Shown: piece after piece, positions 1 through 12,140 of the stretch
Position numbering within the stretch: position 1 is the first letter of the stretch
How the letters are laid out: each line of letters opens with the position of its first letter
Position numbers and translations under genes: made by a program
Assembly: GCF_001194135.2 (NCBI RefSeq)
Contig: NC_068997.1
Coordinates: 19,916,602 to 19,967,691 of the forward strand
Origin: Octopus bimaculoides
Lineage: Eukaryota
Reading direction: 5' to 3'
DNA length: 51,090 bases
Notes under the pieces: model-generated
Told to the model about the DNA's origin: nothing
The model's database searches: none
The model's input: only the letters and a program-made list of their open reading frames with translations

Positions 1-112
1 ATATATATATATATGTGTGTGTGTGTGTTGTGTATGTGTGTATTCAGGATGTATGTATGTGCTCATATTTGTGTGACTTTTTAAAATTTAATCTGTAATT
101 TTCTACTTTCAG

Positions 113-230
113 AATGTCAAAGACGATGGTACACATTGTTGGTATCTAAAGCATTTTCGTTCCCAGATGTCTTGTAATATGTGTAAATCTGTTTTGTCTG
201 GTATGGGAAAAAAAGGATTATGTTGCCAAT
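113..230 (+). CDS. DGKB: Type I diacylglycerol kinase, internal exon encoding the first part of C1A
   Basis: Acceptor ttctactttcAG|, donor |GTAAGT, 118 nt, phase 0 to 1. Translates NVKDDGTHCWYLKHFRSQMSCNMCKSVLSGMGKKGLCCQ, which aligns by eye to the DGKB segment [39 protein letters not shown] as recalled. Probably co-orthologous to DGKA/B/G. Confidence 0.95.
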
Positions 231-799
231 GTAAGTCGACAGCTTATTAATTACAAACTTTAACGAATTGTCTGTCTTGCAGAGACGTTTAATTTTAATT
301 GCTTTGTGTTTTTATTCGTTTGTTTTTTTTACTATGTATCTTATTTAAGTTTGGAAAATAATACAAATAAATGAACTAACAAATACCAACGTTATGTAGA
401 AAGATATTGTTTAGATGAAGATGTTTACTTTGGCTTAGAGAGTATTTTTAAAGAAAGGTTAATCTTCACGTAGGCCTCAAGATTCCAAAGTCTCCAGTCA
501 TTAACTTTGGATTCTGAAGCGTTATACAAGATGTTAGTCTATTACATGTGACATAACTTACCCCAAATGTTCTGCTTCCCTATTCTTTTGTATGGCTTAA
601 TCAATTATGCCTCATGGAATTAAAATTCTCCAACTAAAACCTTGCTATGAATTCAAACTTGTTGGACAATAAACAAGTAGGTCTCTTACTGTATCTATAG
701 TGCCATTGTGCCATTTTACTCCAAGGCTTACTATGATTTGTTACTCTATATACTAGAGTATACAGGTTTAAATTGTGTGACATGATTTCATATCATCAT

Positions 800-1395
800 C
801 ACCATGATCATCATCACCATCATTTAACGTTTGTTGTTCATGCTGGCATGGGTTGGACGGTTTGACTGGGCTGGCACACTGGAAGGCTACGCCATGCTCC
901 AGTCTGAATTGGCATGGTTTTCTACGGCTGGATACCCTTCCTAATGCCAACCACTCCGTGAGTTCAATGGGTGTTTTTATGTGCCACCGGCACGGGTGCC
1001 ATTTGCATGAAACCGGTATCTGCCACGACTGTGATTTTCCTTGGCTTGATGGGGTTTTTTTCTCAAGCACGACATAATACCAAAGGTCTTGGTCATTGCT
1101 TCCGTAAGGCCCAACACTCAAAAGGAATTCGGCTACTTTGCTCCCATGGGGCCCAATACATGAAAGGAACTCAGCCAACTTGCCTCTGTGAGATCCTCAT
1201 CATCATTTGATGTCCGTTTTCCATGCTGGTATGGGTTGGACGGTTTTGACAGGAGCTGATCAGCCAAAGGGCTCTGTTCAGGTTCCATATCTGTTTTGGC
1301 ATGGTTTCTACGACTGAGTGCCCTTCCTAACACCAATCACTTTACAGAGTGTACTGGGTGCATGTATGCAGCACCAGCATGGGTGCTTTTTACAT
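800..1395 (-). mobile_element. SINE-like family A (RTE-type 3' tail ending in (GAT)n), two adjacent copies
   Basis: (CAT)n-TTTAACGT...CATGCTGGCATGGGTTGGACGG...GGATACCCTTCCTAATGCCAACCAC. The same motif recurs more than 10 times in the window. Confidence 0.8.
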
Positions 1396-1439
1396 GGCAC
1401 CAGCACCTATGAGCTCACAAGAGATTAGGGATGCTCATC

Positions 1440-2172
1440 TGGAGAGGGACAAAGTGGTGAAGCAGGATCTTCGAACTTTGAGCATCACAAAGGCAATGAC
1501 TAGTGACCGAGACTTTTGGTGATATGCTGTGCTTGAGAAAACCCATCAAGCCAAGTGAAATCGTAGTCATGGCTGATGTTGGTGTCATATAATTGGCACC
1601 CATGCCAGTGGCACATTAATTGCACCATTGGAGCATTAAGCCTCACGAAGGTAAAGTGGCTGAGTTCCTTTCAAGCGTCATGGAGGGCCTCATGGAGTGT
1701 TGGGCCTCATGGAGGCAAAGTGGCTGATTTCGTTTTGAGCATTGGGCCTCATGAACACAAAGTAGCCAAGTTCCTTTCAAGCATTTGGCCTCATAGAGGC
1801 AAAGTGGTCAAGTTCCTTTCGAGCGTTGGGCCTCACAGAGGCAAAGTGACTGAGTTCCTTTCAGATGTTGGACCTCACAAAGGCAATGACCAAGACCTTT
1901 GGCATTATGTCATACTTGAGAAGAAGACCCATCAAGCTGAGCAAAATCGCAGTCGTGGCAGATACCGGTGTTACACAAATGGCACCCATGCCAGCGGCAC
2001 ATAAAAGCACCCATTACACTTTCAGAGTGTTTGGCATTAGGAAGGGCATCCAGCCATAGAAAAACCATGCCAAATCAGACTGGAGCCTGGTGCAGCCTTC
2101 CAGCTTACCATCCCTGGTCAAACCGTCCAACCCATGTCAACATGGACAACAGATGTTAAATGATGATGATGA
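1440..2172 (+). mobile_element. SINE-like family A with an internal 42-bp minisatellite
   Basis: About 5.5 units of TTGGGCCTCATGGAGGCAAAGTGGCTGAGTTCCTTTCAAGCG (~1637-1890), then the family A tail ...CAACCCATGTCAACATGGACAACAGATGTTAAATGATGATGATG. Confidence 0.8.
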
Positions 2173-2241
2173 TGGGGATATATATCAATGCATATAAATA
2201 TATATATATAAAAAATAAAAATGACAAAGGAAAATAAATTA

Positions 2242-2394
2242 TGTCATGAACTTCATTAGCTTACAATGCATCTTACAGCAGAAACTTCATGTTTGGAGTC
2301 CTGATGAAGCTAGAGGGTGATACACAAGCATTCAACGATGAATACATTGCATCCTATAGCAGAGAACAGCTGTAAGCTAATGAAGTTTATGACA
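2242..2394 (+). mobile_element. Short element with 24-bp inverted ends and a decayed hammerhead core
   Basis: TGTCATGAACTTCATTAGCTTACA ... TGTAAGCTAATGAAGTTTATGACA (1 mismatch). Internal CTGATGA-A-GCTA...TAGC-A-GAGAAC-AGCT-GTA. Confidence 0.6.
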
Positions 2395-3039
2395 ATTTCT
2401 TTTCCATTGTCATTTATTTTCTCATATCTGCTCTGTACTTGACTAACACTCTATTCTGAAGCAAATATATATATTTTGAATTCTAACACTAGGTTATTAG
2501 TATCACTATGCCTAAGCGAAATAATAAAACACACACACACACACACACAAATACACACGCATATCTATCTATATATATGTATGTATGTATATCGAATGCT
2601 GCCCACCCACCTCTTATGGTTCTCATTCATGTCCTATAGATCAGCTGGTACTCATTAAAATTCTCCTAACACTGGCCTACTGTTGTCAAACTGTCCTGTT
2701 TTCCTGACATTCTAGTGGTTTTACTGCTTCTTTGAACTTGCTGAAACAATATCACGTACATCCATTTAAATTGACCTGCAACCCTTTCTTCTGTTTTCAC
2801 CTCTTAACCTCCACTTTGTCTCATCTCCCAAACTAAATTATAAAGCACAAGAAATTGAATAATGCCAGCTTTTCATAGTGTGAATCGGATGAGAAATATA
2901 AATAAAAGAGATGTTAACGTGCTGTGAGAAATACACAGCAAGGTTTCATACAATCCTTGTGTTATTTGTTCTTTATGAAAAGTTCCTCACATAAACTGCT
3001 TGTCTCAATTTCTCACATGCTAACATATGCTTCTTGTTT

Positions 3040-3420
3040 ATATATTTCTACATGAAATCTTTCGAGCGGGATCGTTGCCAGTACCCCTGGACTGGCTCAT
3101 GTGCGGGCGACACATGAATTCTTTTGAGCGAGATCGTTGCCGGTGCCCCTGGGCTGGCTCTTGTGCGGGTGACACATGAGGTTTCTCGAGCGAGATGAGC
3201 GTGGCCGTTGCCAGTACCGCCTGACTGGCCTTCATGCGGGTGACACGTAAAAGCACCCACTACACTCTCTGAGTGGTTGGCGTTAGGAAGGGCATCCAGC
3301 TGTAGAAACTCTGCCAAATCAGATTGGAGCCTGGTGTAGCCATCTGGTTTCACCAGTCCTCAGTCAAATCGTCCAACCCATGCTAGCATGGAAAGCGGAC
3401 GTTAAACGACGACGACGACC
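3040..3420 (+). mobile_element. SINE-like family A, young subfamily with ~60-bp internal repeats x3
   Basis: 3060-3250 holds three tandem ~60-bp units. The tail is about 97% identical by eye to the reverse copy at 16860-17060. Confidence 0.8.
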
Positions 3421-3434
3421 TCCTCAACACTTTC

Positions 3435-3660
3435 TCTAATTCTTTTCTACTCTAGGCACAAAGCCTGAAATTTTGGAGGAGGGGACCAGTCGATTAGATT
3501 GACCCCAGTACATCACTGGTACTTAATTTATCGATCCTAAATGGATGAAAGGCAAAGTCAACCTTGGCGGAATTTGAACTCAGAATGTAAAGACAGACAA
3601 AATACCGCTAAATATTTCAGCCAGCATGCTAACATTTCTGCCAGATCGTTGCCTTTCTCT
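3435..3660 (-). mobile_element. tRNA-derived SINE family B
   Basis: Reverse of A-box TGGCAGAAATGTTAGC, B-box GAGTTCAAATTCC and the conserved core GACTTTGCCTTTCATCC...GATAAATTAAGTACCAG. Further minus-strand copies at ~5530-5735 and 18085-18268. Confidence 0.8.
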
Positions 3661-4892
3661 AATTAAATACCTGAGATGAGTTGTCATTAATAAATTTGAA
3701 GTGACATTGCTGTACTCAAGATGACCTGCCAACCACAACAGAATTGAGATCTTAAAAACAAGATACCATGTAAAAAGCATTGGTGTGGGTACTGGTACCA
3801 CGTAAAAAACACTGGTGCTGGTACCATGTAAGAAGTGCTAATGCTAGTGCCAGCACTGGTGCTGGTGCCACATAAAAAGGCACTGGTGATAGTGCCATTT
3901 AAAGTACCTGTAAAGTGGCTGTAAAGAGTGCAACACACTAATCTCTAACCCATGCACTTTCACCAGCAATACATCACTACAGATTCATTGGTTTCTAATC
4001 TGTGATTGCCATGACATATCTTTCCTCTGCGATATGTACATGGTACCAAACTGGATTCTAAATAAGAACATTTATTTCTAAACTAAGGGCAATAAATGTT
4101 CTTAGCTCAGATTAATTTTGGTACTACTTATATATTATCCTTATATATTATATAAATACACCTGGTGATGATAGGGGATCAAATGTAACAAAATACAGTA
4201 TACATGTAAATCTTTTATTGTGTATCTTGTTTCAGACATTAAACTGTGGCCATGCTGGGGCCCCCACTTCAACAAGCTTTTAGTCAAACAAACCGACCTC
4301 AGTACTTTTTTTTTTAAGCCTGATATTTATGCTTTCAGTCTCTTTTGCCAAATTGGTAAGTTATGAGTATGTAAACAAAACAACAATGGTTGTCAAGCAG
4401 TGGTAGGAAACAAAGACAGACACAAAGAGATACATACATAACTATGTATATATTATGGGCTTCTTTTAGTTCCTGTCTACCAAATCTACCCACAAGGCTT
4501 TGGTTGGCCTAAGGTTATAGTAGAAGACACCTATCTGTATGGATGTATACATATATGTAAGTATGTATATATGTATGTATGCATATATACATTCATACAT
4601 GCACATACACATACATACATACTTATATGTGTGCCTTTGTATTTGTCCCCTACTGCCTCTTGATCACCAGTGTTGGTTTGTTTATGTCCATGTAAATTAT
4701 CAGTTCAGCAAAAATAGACTTGTAGTAAATACCATACTGAAAAGCAAATCAGTATTGGGGTTGGACTATTCAAGGTGGTGCCCCAGTATGGCCACAGTCC
4801 AGTGACTGAATGATATTGATATAAATCTTAGTTATCCCTGTTCATAATTGCTTTCTTATTCATCTTTCCTTTTTTTCTCCTCTCTTTTACAG

Positions 4893-4981
4893 TTTGTAAA
4901 TATATTGTACATGAACGCTGTGTGCAGAAGGCCCCAGCATCTTGTATTATGACCTATGTGAAATCTAAGAAATCTTTCCAG
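4893..4981 (+). CDS. DGKB: DGK exon, end of C1A
   Basis: Polypyrimidine tract with tttacAG|, donor |GTATGT, 89 nt, phase 1 to 0. (F)[29 protein letters not shown] completes the HX12CX2CX13CX2CX4HX2CX7C motif. Confidence 0.95.
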
Positions 4982-6564
4982 GTATGTCTTGTTATTTTAT
5001 TTTATTTTTTTTTTCAAAGAATTTAAACCTAATTACTGTTGCTGATGTCGTAAGAACTTATAAACTGTGAGAGAATGTGCAATAAACCATTTAACCCTTT
5101 AGCATTCAAACCAGCCATATCTGGTCAAAATATTTGATTTGTTTTATGTTGAAACTGGCTATATCTGGCTTCTCGCTGGTATATTTATGCCCCTGCAGCT
5201 TAGCAGTTTTAGCAAGAAAGATCAAAAGATCAAAAGATCAAAAGATCAAGTACCAAGCTCAAGAAAAAGTAAAAAATAAATGCTAGAACTGATTTATTTG
5301 ACTGAAAGTTCTTCAAGGCGGTGCCCCAGCTTGGCCTCAGTTTAATGATTGAAACAAGCAAGAGATAAAAGATTAAAAAAGATAAAGTGAGCTGGAATGC
5401 CCGATAACAAACGGTCACAGCTTGATCTAACACCTTTGATCTTTGGTCCTTTCAATCAGGGCTGACTCGAGATTAAACAACTGCAACTACAGCAAAAGCT
5501 GAAACGAGTCAGAGCTGATATTGGTTTCAAACTTTGGCACAAGGCCAGCAATTTCTGGGGGAGTGCGTAAGTTGGTTACATTGATCCCAGTGTTCAACTA
5601 GTACTTATTTTATCAACCCCGAAAGGACGAAGGGCAAAGTCAACCACAGTGGAATTTGAACTCAGAATGTAAAGACAAATGAAATGCCTATAAGCATTTC
5701 ACCCAGCATGCTTATGATTCTGCCAGCTTGCGACCTTATGAATTATGTTATACTAATTGGCCCCATGCTGTCAAAAACGATGGCTAATTGTAGTATTTTA
5801 GATAGATAGACAGACGGATAGATAGACAAACAGACGGACAGACAGACAGACAGATAGGTAGGTAGGTAGATAGATAGATAGAGAGAGAGAAGGAGAGAGA
5901 CAGGCAGACAGATAGATAGACAAATAGACAGGTAGATAGATAGATAGACAGACAGATAGATATACATACATATATGTACATATATACACACACATATGAT
6001 AGGCTTTCAGTTTCCATCTACCAAATCCACTCACAAGGCTTTGGTTTGAGACACTTGCCCAAGGTGTCACACTGTGGAAGTGAAACTGGAACCAGGAACA
6101 CCTATGAATTTTTTTTCGTTTCTCCTTTTAGGTAAAAAATCAACCACACTACACATTGCAATCCACTTTAATGTAAAAAAAAACAAAAAAAAACTCACAT
6201 GCACACAAAACAAAACAACACAAAAATAAAATAAACACCCCCTTCTTTTTCATAGTTGAATGATTCTTCTGATGAGAAAGAAAACTGCCGCAACAACTGA
6301 CTCAAATGTCCAACATCGAAAGTCATCTTGCTTGTACGCTTACATTTATGTATAACATTCAAAGCTTTTCATTGGAGCAAGAAATGACATAAATTGTTAT
6401 AATTTGGTAGCAATTAAATAACAAGAAAGAACATTTTTACCTAAAGTAGACAGCTGTACTTTGTCAGTTTTGCAAAATTTATCTTAGGTTCACGGCACAT
6501 TGACAATTCTATGGAATAAAACCTATTTCTAGCCTACAGACAGAAGACTCAGTGTTCATTCTCA

Positions 6565-6566
6565 GC

Positions 6567-6601
<35 letters not shown>

Positions 6602-7122
6602 CCTCTCTCTCCCCACTATTCCCCCTCTCTCTCTTAATTTGTCATGCTCTCAATCTCTCAGTTTGCCACTGACTCAAATGTCTCCCTCTCTCTTTCTCCC
6701 TCTCTCTTTCTCCCTAACTCTCCTCTCTCTCTTTCTATTTTCCCTCTCTCCCTTCCACTCTCCCTCTCTTTCCCTCTCCTCTCTCTCCCACCCCCATGTC
6801 TTTCTCTATCCTTCCTCTTTAACTTTCTCACTCTCTCTAACTCTTCTTTCTTTTAACTTACTCTCTCTATTTACCACTCCCACAAATGTTTTCCTCCTCT
6901 CTTACTTTCTCCTTCTCTCTCCTCTCTCTGTTTCTCTCTCACTTTCTCCCTCTCTTCTCTCTTTAACTCACTCTCTTTCAGTTTACTCCTCTCAAATATT
7001 CCTCTCTTTCTTTCAGTTTACCAATCTCCTTTCCCTCTCTCTAACTCATTGCTTTTCCTTTTACCACACTCTCTCTCAGTTTACCACTATCTCTCTTTCT
7101 TCCTTTCTCCTTCTCCCTCCTT

Positions 7123-7159
<37 letters not shown>

Positions 7160-7160
7160 T
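6565..7160. repeat. ~600-bp CT-rich polypyrimidine low-complexity tract
   Basis: Almost only C/T on the + strand, with (CT)n at both ends. Followed by (GAT/GAC)n at ~7260-7510. A similar tract lies at 39150-39480. Confidence 0.9.
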
Positions 7161-8752
7161 CAACACATTCACCACACCCTCTTCCATTATGCACAGAGTC
7201 ACTTAAATAACAGCAATTACAACAAAATCGGTTTTCAATTTCTTTAATTTTTTTTTGAAATGATGACGATGACAACGATGATGATGACAATGATGATGAT
7301 GATGACAATGTTTATGATGAAGATGATAACAATGATGATTAGATGATGCTGACAACAATGATGATGGTTACAATAACGATGAGATGACGATGACGATGAT
7401 GATGACGGTAATGGTAATCATTATGATGTTGCCGCCACCGATGACAACGCTGCTGACAATGATGATGACGATGATGACGATGACAATGATGCTGACAATG
7501 ATGAGGATAATTACTCGTTGCTAACAAAGAATTGAGATATATCATATTTTCTTCCTCGAATGACAAGTTTAATTGAAGGTTCCATTTTCTTGTAATAAAT
7601 AATACGACTTGTTTGCATTAATAGGCATTTTGTTAAATTAGAAGAAAATATAGTTTGTTGCTTCTCAATAGAGTCATCTTTCATTCTGTATCTTTTACTT
7701 GTTTCAGTCATTGGACTGTGCTCATGCTGGGGCATCACCTTGAAGAATTTCTATTCAAATGAATCAACCCCAGTATTTATTCATTTTAAGCCTGGTACTT
7801 ATTTCTTTGGTCTCATTTGCCAAACTGTTAAGTTACAGGAACATAAGCCAACCAACACCAGTTGTCAAGGAGAGCAGGGTTACAAACACTGACACAAACA
7901 CACACACACACACACACACACACATATGTGAGATAGGCTCCTTTCAGTTTCCATCTTTCAAATCTACTCACAAGGCTTTGGTTGGCCCAAGTCTATAACA
8001 GAAGACATTTGCCCAAGGTGCCACGCAATGGGACTGAACCCAAAACTTCTTCTCTCACACACACACACACACACACATACATACACGAACCATTTGACAA
8101 CTAGTGTTGGTTTGTTTATGTTCTTGTGACTTAGCACCACTTATGCGGTCACCTTGTAACTTGCAAAACTGAAATCCTATTCAACTGAGTGGGGCTACAG
8201 TAGAGAAGAAGGTAGGTTTATGCGAGGAAATAAGGGTTTAGAATATGACAGAAAAGGAATAAAACAGAACAGAGTTCTTGCTGTAGAGCAGCTTCACAGC
8301 TTTTAAAATTATAGAAAGAACTGGCACTCCATCAGTTATGACAATGAGGGTTCCAGTTGATCTGATCAATGGAACTGTCTGCTCATGAAATTAATGTGCA
8401 AGTGGCCAAGCACTCCACAAAAAATGTGTACCCTTAACATAGTACTCAGAGAGATTCAGCGTGACACAGAATGTGACAAGGCTGTGTGGAAACCTGTTGT
8501 GTGTGTGTATATGTGTTTGTTCTTTTATTGCTTGAAAACTGGTGTTGGTTTGTTTATATTCAGCAAAAAATGACAAATAGAATAAGTATTAGAGTTTACC
8601 AAAAATACTGGGATTGATTTCTTTGGCTAAACCCCTCAAGGCAGTGTCCCAGCATAGCTGCCGTAAAATGACTGAAACAGGTAAAAGATGAGAGATAAAA
8701 TGAAGTATATGATGATTCCTTTTCATCTCGCATGTTGTTTTCTCTTTCACAG

Positions 8753-8863
8753 GATATGCAGCATCACTGGATAGATGGAAACTGTACCAAAAAATGTGAT
8801 AAATGCAAAAAGTCTATTAAGTCCGGCATCAATGGCAAAACATGTCGATGGTGTAAAGCATCG
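8753..8863 (+). CDS. DGKB: DGK exon, first part of C1B
   Basis: Acceptor tctctttcacAG|, donor |GTAAGT, 111 nt, phase 0 to 0. Translates DMQHHWIDGNCTKKCDKCKKSIKSGINGKTCRWCKAS. Confidence 0.95.
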
Positions 8864-8994
8864 GTAAGTTTTTCTTAACTAACTTTGTATAATAATTATT
8901 AGCAACAGAAGCAGTTTTGATACTCCAAGGCAGTCTTTATAACCAACTTAACATTGATGTTTTGTTACAATGCCAAATATTGTGGTATTCACTT

Positions 8995-9065
8995 TGAGAG
9001 GTGAATATAGACACATGGTGCATAATATAGACACATGGTGCATTGTATAGATACATGGTGCATAA
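8995..9065 (+). repeat. ~20-bp tandem repeat x3
   Basis: ATAGA(C/T)ACATGGTGCAT repeated three times. Confidence 0.8.
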
Positions 9066-11819
9066 AAGCACACATAGTTTTATTGTTAACAGATGAACTG
9101 CCAGTTCACTTGATTTCAACATACCCTGTCTCCTCAGTGACAGACATCCACTAGCTGTATACCAACCACATCTCACTGCCAACATTATATAGAATTTCAG
9201 TAACTTTATATAATTTTAAAGGTTTTGCTGCTTCTTTTCACTGGCATGAGTTGAACAGTTCTGCAAATATAAATATTTGCATAAATTGTTGGATGAAACG
9301 TTTTACAGTTGGACAGCTAAGACTATGTTTAGTGACTCTTAACCTCTTCTAAGCTGTTGTTTAGGAATATCTCGTCATTCCATCACTGTCAATCTTCTGT
9401 TTAAACTAAGGAATCTATGTTGCCATTGCTTTTTTTTGTGTTTTCTTTTAATTTCATTTTTCATTTTTTTTTATGCTTTCTGTTGATTGCACCTCCTGAC
9501 AAACGTGTCAACAAGTTTCAACATTTTTGTTTTCTGGTCACGTGTGTGCAATCACACACACGCACACACACATTTGAACATTTACAAAGCATTGAGAATG
9601 GATTTGGTAGGTGGGAACTGGACGAAACCTGTTGTGTATACGTGTGTGTGTGTGTGTGCCACCTCATCTCAACATTAGGTGATAGTTGTAAATGAGTATC
9701 ACTGTCGTACAAGTGGTGTTATTGGTTTCCAGTCTTCTATGGAAACACATCCATTCATGAGTAAATATCACCTTACTTGGAAACATGTGAGGATGGGTGA
9801 CAAAGAAGGCATCTGGCTGTAGAAAATCCACCTTGATGAATTCCATCTGACCCATCCAAGTATGGAAAAGTGAATGTTAAAACAATGTTGTTGTTGTTGG
9901 TGGTGGTGGTGGTGGTGGTGATCTTTAAATAAGACATACAATAAATAACCTTTCTTGAGTAGTTATATAACATTAGAAGCGAAAATATAGTATTGATTTT
10001 TCAGTTACACATAATTCCAATTTAATGTTTTCTTATAGGATTTTAAAGAACACTTTTATGCAAAAAAAAAAAAAAAAAATTACTTGGAATAATATTGCTA
10101 GCATATTCAAGGAGTTGGGGGTAAATGGACATGTGCTTAGAATAATGGTACTTAAAGGGGCATTGGTTACAGTTCTGTTATAGATTTTGCATTGTATTAT
10201 CTATTATTAAGTACCATTGTTTCCTCTTCCAGAACAAAACTATTTCACTTTGCTGTAGAATAATTGGCATAATATATGTGAAAGTTTGGCTGTGTGGTTA
10301 AGAAGCTTGCTTTGCAAGCATGCCGTTTTGAGTTCAGTCCTGCTACACAACTTCTTAGGCGAGTGTCTTCTACTATTGCCCTGGCCACTGATGCTTTTTG
10401 AGCGAATTTGGTAGATGGTAACTCAGTGGAAGCTCATCATGTATACGGGCATACATACATACATACATACATACATACATACAAAGTGAAACAAAGTGTC
10501 TTGCACAAGAACACAACATACAGCTTGGTCTGGGAATCGAACTCACTATCTCATGATTGTGAGCTTGACGCTCCAACCACTGAGTCATATGCTTTCATAA
10601 CAAACCTAAGCTAAGTAGTAAATGACCAAGTGTTTTAGGTAAGCTTTGAGAAAATAAGGGCTAGAAATACTGATTTAGACAATCAACATTTGAAATTGGT
10701 TTATTGGCATTATCTATAAAGAAACGTATAGAATAAGATCAGAAATGACTCAGCAGAGAGAAGAAAATTCTAAACTAATTGATCTCTGGCTCTTTTCTAT
10801 ATCTTTTGAAAGGAAAATCATTTTGTAGATCAAACTCATTTGACAGTGCATCAAACCATAAAACCTTTGTTCCAATTATAAAGTTTTGTCATAATCATTC
10901 CTTTTATCTGTAACTGATACGTGACTGGGCATGCTTATTTCATGTCACCATGAAAAAAAAAAAAAATAACAAACAAAACAAACGGAAAAAGACAAAGAAA
11001 ATAAACAAAATTTAGCATTCGCTGAAATAATCATGCTCATGATGGTGATAATGTTGCAAATCTTATTCACAATTTAAAAATACTTAAAATTTTGAGGGTT
11101 AAATTGTATTTCATCAGATGTTAAATTTGTCATGTAAAGAAATCACAAAGGTATAACAAGAAATGGTTTGAAAAATGACATTTATTTAACAAGTAGAATT
11201 CTGTTATGTTGCTTGGGGTTCAATATCAATCAGATACAGGTAGTTACTTTAACTGCTGTAAGTTTAGCAGTTCTTTGCCATATCTATCTTTAATCCATCT
11301 TGTTTTCATAACTACATAACAGTGCATCATTCAATAGCTTGCTGTACATACACACACACACACACACATATATATTCAAACATTTAATCCCACCAAATAT
11401 TATGAAGAAATGACTATCTACCTTGTACTAAGTGTCGGCTAAGGACTTCATGTCTTATGTATGTTTGTATGTGTTGTAAAAAAAGTTAGTACAATTCCGT
11501 CTTGAGTCATGCTGACTCATAAGGGCTGGTTTCCTGGTTCCATGGCATATAAATTACCCCGCCTGGATGGGACGCCAATCCATCACAAGATTACTCATTT
11601 TTGCCAGCTGAGTGAACTGGAGCAATGTGAAACGAAGTGTTTTGCTCAAGAACACAACACTTTGCCTGGTCTAAGAATCTAAACCACAATCTTACAGTCA
11701 GGAGTCCAACACCCTAACCACTAAGCCAGGCATCTCCACTAGTGTATGTATTATAAACACATACATTAGTTCCTCTCTTCAAATGCACCTGCTCCTCTCA
11801 TAATTCCTTGTCTTGCAAA

Positions 11820-12140
11820 GTTACTTGCTGACACTGCCAGTGCTGGTGCCACATAAAATGCATCCAGACCACACTGTAAAGTGGCTGGCATTTGGAAGGG
11901 CATCCAGCTGTAAAAGGCATCCAACTGTCGAAACAGTGCCAAAACTGACCTCACCTGTGCTTGTGCCATGTAAAAAGCACTAAGTCCACTCTTCTGGGTG
12001 GTTGGTCTTAGGAAGGGCGTCCAGCTGTAAAAACCCTGCTAAAGAGTCACAGAAGTCTGGTGCAGGCTTCTGCCTGGCCAGCTTCTGTCAAACCATTCCA
12101 CCCATGCCAGCATGGAAGGTGGATGTTAAACGATGATGAT
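11820..12140 (+). mobile_element. SINE-like family A, two tandem 3' segments
   Basis: Two GGAAGGGC(A/G)TCCAGCTGTAAAA motifs, and the tail CACCCATGCCAGCATGGAAGGTGGATGTTAAACGATGATG. Confidence 0.75.

Noticed and set aside
1576-2004. 142-aa ORF with 14-aa repeats
   Set aside because: It is the translation of a 42-bp minisatellite inside a SINE-like repeat, with no splice or homology support.
6552-7124. 190-aa Leu/Ser-rich ORF, and the many Ile/Tyr/His/Cys/Val-rich ORFs elsewhere
   Set aside because: Translations of (CT)n, (TA)n, (CA)n, (TCTA)n, (ATT)n and (CAT)n microsatellites.
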